Shown here: positions 60,401 through 64,000 of the stretch, in pieces
Position numbering within the stretch: position 1 is the first letter of the stretch
Layout: every line of letters starts with the position of its first letter
Source of the DNA: Podarcis muralis
Lineage: Eukaryota
Direction of reading: 5' to 3'
Assembly: GCF_964188315.1 (NCBI RefSeq)
Contig: NC_135667.1
Location: 12,400,001 to 12,464,000 of the forward strand
Length of the DNA: 64,000 nt
Notes under the pieces: model-generated
Databases searched by the model: none
The model's input: the letters and a program-made list of their open reading frames with translations, nothing else
What the model was told of the DNA's origin: nothing
Program-made: the position numbers and the translations under genes

Positions 60401-60583
60401 GAAGAACAGCTGGAAGCACTTCCTGCATCTGTCTTTGAAATGAGCCTGACTGGCCACAGCTACAGTGTGTACAACGCAGTCTTTGCTGTAGCACATGCAC
60501 TGCAGGCCATGAATCCGTCTAGATACAAAGGCAGAGTGACAGTGGATGGAGGAGTAAAACTTCAGAATCAAGAGTTATGGAAG
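57467..60583 (+). CDS. Vomeronasal type-2 receptor V2R-3, exons 1-3; remainder presumably beyond the window
   Basis: Exons 57467-57684 (signal peptide MVCFMLLVLLLLPWAVW), 59213-59504 and 59732-60583, GT/AG and in phase. Confidence 0.9.
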
Positions 60584-61137
60584 GTAATGTCCTGAATAAA
60601 CTAAGAACAAAGGAAGGACCCTGCTGGCTCAGTCCAAGGCCTTCCTATAGCAGACAACCAGACAGCTGGGGGAAGCCTTCAAACAGGACCTTCTGGCAAT
60701 AGTCTTCTCCCCCTGTTCTTCCCCATGATGCATTTCTTTCTGGAGAATGTCTTTATCTGCCTTGAATGTTAGCAATAGCTTTTCTGTTTCCCCCATGAAT
60801 TTGCACATGCTTTGCAACCCATGCACTCATTCATATTCAAACACGGAACTATGGTGCTAGGAAGTGGTCAGCAGTTTCTAAATCAAGAGCCATGGCAGGT
60901 AAATGCCCAGATCCTGCAGCCCCAGAGAGAGGCCACAAAGGGCTGGGGCTCAAATAACTTCCTTCATTAAAAACAAACAAACAAAAAATTTAATTGCTTT
61001 CACTTTAAAAACCATTTTAGACCCCACCCCTAAGAAGAATCATGCTGGGCCTTCTAGGGGTTACCCTATATTTGTCTTATTTGGAACGAGGTCCTTGGAG
61101 GCATGTTGGCATTTTCTAATGTTTGCATTTATTTGAT

Positions 61138-64000
61138 TGATTGTTGTTTAGTCGTTTAGTCGTGTCCGACTCTTCGTGACCCCATGGACCAGAGCACGCC
61201 AGGCACTCCTGTCTTCCACCGCCTCCCGCAGTTTGGTCAGGCTCATGTTTGTAGCTTCGAGAACACTATCCAACCATCTCATCCTCTGTCGTCCCCTTCT
61301 CCTTGTGCCCTCCATCTTTCCCAACATCAGGGTCTTTTCCAGAGAGTCTTCTCTTCTCATGAGGTGGCCAAAGTATTGGAGCCTCAACTTCACGATCTGT
61401 CCTTCCAGTGAGCACTCAGGTCTGATTTCCTTAAGAATGGATGCGTTTGATCTTCTTGCAGTCCATGGGACTCTCAAGAGTCTCCTCCAGCACCATAATT
61501 CAAAAGCATCAATTCTTTGGCGATCAGCCTTCTTTATGGTCCAGCTCTCACTTCCATACATCACTACTGGGAAAACCATGGCTTTAACTATACGGACCTT
61601 TGTTGGTAAGGTGATGTCTCTACTTTTTAAGATGTTGTCTAGATTTGCCATCGCCTTTCTCCCAAGGAGCATGCGTCTTTTAATTTCGCGACTGCTGTCA
61701 CCATCTGCAGTGATCATGGAGCCCAAGAAAATAAAATCTCTCACTGCCTCCATTTCTTCCCCTTCTATTTGCCAGGAGGTGATGGGACCAGTGGCCATGA
61801 TCTTCGTTTTTTTGATGTTGAGCTTCAGACCATATTTTGCGCTCTCCTCTTTCACCCTCATTAAAAGGTTCTTTAATTCCCCCTCACTTTCTGCCATCAA
61901 GGTTGTGTCATCTGCATATCTGAGGTTGTTGATATTTCTTCCGGCAATCTTAATTCCGGCTTGGGATTCATCCAGCCCAGCCTTTCGCATGATGTATTCT
62001 GCATATAAGTTAAATAAGCAGGGGGACAATATACAGCCTTGTCGTACTCCTTTCCCAATTTTGAACCAATCAGTTGTTCCATATCCAGTTCTAACTGTAG
62101 CTTCTTGTCCCACATAGAGATTTCTCAGGAGACAGATGAGGTGATCAGGCACTCCCATTTCTTTAAGAACTTGCCATAGTTTGCTGTGGTCGACACAGTC
62201 AAAGGCTTTTGCATAGTCAATGAAGCAGAAGTAGATGTCTTTCTGGAACTCTCTAGCTTTCTCCATAATCCAGCGCATGTTTGCAATTTGGTCTCTGGTT
62301 CCTCTGCCTCTTCTAAATCCAGCTTGCACTTCTGGGAGTTCTCGGTCCACATACTGCTTAAGCCTGCCTTGTAGAATTTTAAGCATAACCTTGCTAGCGT
62401 GTGAAATGAGTGCAATTGTGCGGTAGTTGGAGCATTCTTTGGCACTTCCCTTCTTTGGGATTGGGATGTAGACTGATCTTCTCCAATCTTCTGGCCACTG
62501 CTGAGTTTTCCAAATTTGCTGGCATATTGAGTGTAGCACCTTAACAGCATCATCTTTTAAAATTTTAAATAATTCAGCTGGAATATCATCACTTCCACTG
62601 GCCTTGTTATTAGCAATGCTTTCTAAGGCCCATTTGACTTCACTTTCCAGGATATCTGGCTCAAGGTCAGCAACCACACTACCTGGGGTATATGAGACAT
62701 CAATTTCTTTCTGGTATAGTTCCTCTGTGTATTCTTGCCACCTCTTCTTGATGTCTTCTGCTTCTGTTAGGTCCTTTCCACTTTTGTCTTTTATTATGGA
62801 AATCTTTGTACAAAATGTTCCTTTCATATCTCCAATTTTCTTGAACAGATCTCTGGTTTTTCCCATTCTATTGTTTTCCTCTATTTCTTTGCATTGCTCG
62901 TTTAAGAAGGCCTTCTTGTCTCTCCTTGCTATTTTTTGGAAATCTGCATTCAATTTCCTGTATCTTTCACTATCTCCCTCGCATTTTGCTTGCCTTCTCT
63001 CCCCCGCTATTTGTAAGGCCTCGTTGGACAGCCACTTTGCTTTCTTGCATTTCCTTTTCATTGGGATGGTTTTAGTTGCTGCCTCTTGTATAATGTTACG
63101 AGCCTCCATCCATAGTTCTTCAGGCACTCTGTCCACCAAATCTAAATCCTTAAACCTGTTCCTCACTTCCACTGTGTATTCATAAGGAATTTGACTTAGA
63201 TTGTATCTTACCGGCCCAGTGGTTTTTCCTACTTTCTTCAGTTTAAGCTTGAATTTTGCTATAAGAAGCTGATGATCTGAGCCACAGTCAGCTCCAGGTC
63301 TTGTTTTTGCTGACTGTATAGAGCTTCTCCATCTTTGGCTGCAGAGAATATAATCAATCTGATTTCGATGCTGCCCATCTGGTGATGTCCATGTGTAGAG
63401 TCGTCTCTTGTGTTGTTGGAAAAGTGTGTTTGTGATGACCAGCTTGTTCTCTTGACAGAACTCTATTAGCCTTTGCCCTGCTTCGTTTTGAACTCCAAGG
63501 CCAAACTTGCCAGTTGTTCCTTTTATCTCTTGACTCCCTACTTTAGCATTCCAATCCCCTATAATGAGAAGAACATCCTTCTTTGGTGTCACTTCTATAA
63601 GGTCTTGTAAGTCTTCATAGAATTGGTCAATTTCAGTTTCTTCAGCACCAGTAGTTGGTGCATAAACTTGGATTACTGTGATGTTAAAAGGTCTGCCTTG
63701 GATTCGTATCGAGATCATTCTATCATTTTTGAGATTGCATCCCAGTACAGCTTTTGCCACTCTTTTGTTGACTATGAGGGCCACTCCATTTCTTTTACGG
63801 GTTTCTTGTCCACAGTAGTAGATATGATAGTCATCCGAACTGAATTCGCCCATTCCCGTCCATTTTAGTTCACTGATGCCCAAGATGTCAATATTTATTC
63901 TTGCCATCTCATTTTTGACCACATCCAACTTACCCAGGTTCATGGTTCTTACATTCCAGGTTCCTATGCAATATTTTTCTTTACAGCATTGGACTTTCCT
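61138..64000 (-). mobile_element. BovB (RTE-clade) LINE, 5' end outside the window, antisense within V2R-3 intron 3
   Basis: 3' end gactaaacgactaaacaacaa; uninterrupted ORF. Confidence 0.95.
61148..63943 (-). CDS. BovB/RTE ORF: APE endonuclease plus reverse transcriptase, 931 aa in window
   Basis: GISELKW, QVYAPT, GDWNAKVG, NQIDYI, SDH (APE); NYRTIALIS, QAGFR, FIDYAKAFD, GVRQGCILSP, LRYADD (RT). Confidence 0.97.
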   Translation of the reverse strand: MNLGKLDVVKNEMARINIDILGISELKWTGMGEFSSDDYHIYYCGQETRKRNGVALIVNKRVAKAVLGCNLKNDRMISIRIQGRPFNITVIQVYAPTTGAEETEIDQFYEDLQDLIEVTPKKDVLLIIGDWNAKVGSQEIKGTTGKFGLGVQNEAGQRLIEFCQENKLVITNTLFQQHKRRLYTWTSPDGQHRNQIDYILCSQRWRSSIQSAKTRPGADCGSDHQLLIAKFKLKLKKVGKTTGPVRYNLSQIPYEYTVEVRNRFKDLDLVDRVPEELWMEARNIIQEAATKTIPMKRKCKKAKWLSNEALQIAGERRQAKCEGDSERYRKLNADFQKIARRDKKAFLNEQCKEIEENNRMGKTRDLFKKIGDMKGTFCTKISIIKDKSGKDLTEAEDIKKRWQEYTEELYQKEIDVSYTPGSVVADLEPDILESEVKWALESIANNKASGSDDIPAELFKILKDDAVKVLHSICQQIWKTQQWPEDWRRSVYIPIPKKGSAKECSNYRTIALISHASKVMLKILQGRLKQYVDRELPEVQAGFRRGRGTRDQIANMRWIMEKAREFQKDIYFCFIDYAKAFDCVDHSKLWQVLKEMGVPDHLICLLRNLYVGQEATVRTGYGTTDWFKIGKGVRQGCILSPCLFNLYAEYIMRKAGLDESQAGIKIAGRNINNLRYADDTTLMAESEGELKNLLMRVKEESAKYGLKLNIKKTKIMATGPITSWQIEGEEMEAVRDFIFLGSMITADGDSSREIKRRMLLGRKAMANLDNILKSRDITLPTKVRIVKAMVFPVVMYGSESWTIKKADRQRIDAFELWCWRRLLRVPWTARRSNASILKEIRPECSLEGQIVKLRLQYFGHLMRREDSLEKTLMLGKMEGTRRRGRQRMRWLDSVLEATNMSLTKLREAVEDRSAWRALVHGVTKSRTRLND

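Noticed and set aside
61176-63185. 313-aa and 193-aa plus-strand ORFs as V2R-3 exons or novel genes
   Set aside because: Antisense shadows of the BovB ORF with no V2R motifs

Overview
Eukaryotic (squamate lizard, probably lacertid; inferred from Sauria SINE, BovB and expanded V2R content) genomic window. From left to right: the last ten coding exons of a divergent CYLD-like deubiquitinase (+, 1-9328); three intact single-exon class II olfactory receptors (-); three nested Penelope-like retroelement insertions in a (TA)n tract (16477-20543) carrying one RT/GIY-YIG ORF, fold-back inverted pseudo-LTRs and five hammerhead-ribozyme core motifs; a ~10 kb tandem duplication that copied an OR and broke a V2R exon; two six-exon V2R genes (-), one lacking a signal peptide; a V2R pseudogene fragment split by a solo LTR; a partial, apparently mosaic V2R (+); and a BovB/RTE LINE with an intact 931-aa ORF running off the right edge. 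SINEs, L1/L2 fragments and hAT/mariner MITEs fill the gaps. Exon coordinates were derived by eye from translation and GT/AG sites. Repeat family names come from recalled consensus features, not database searches.
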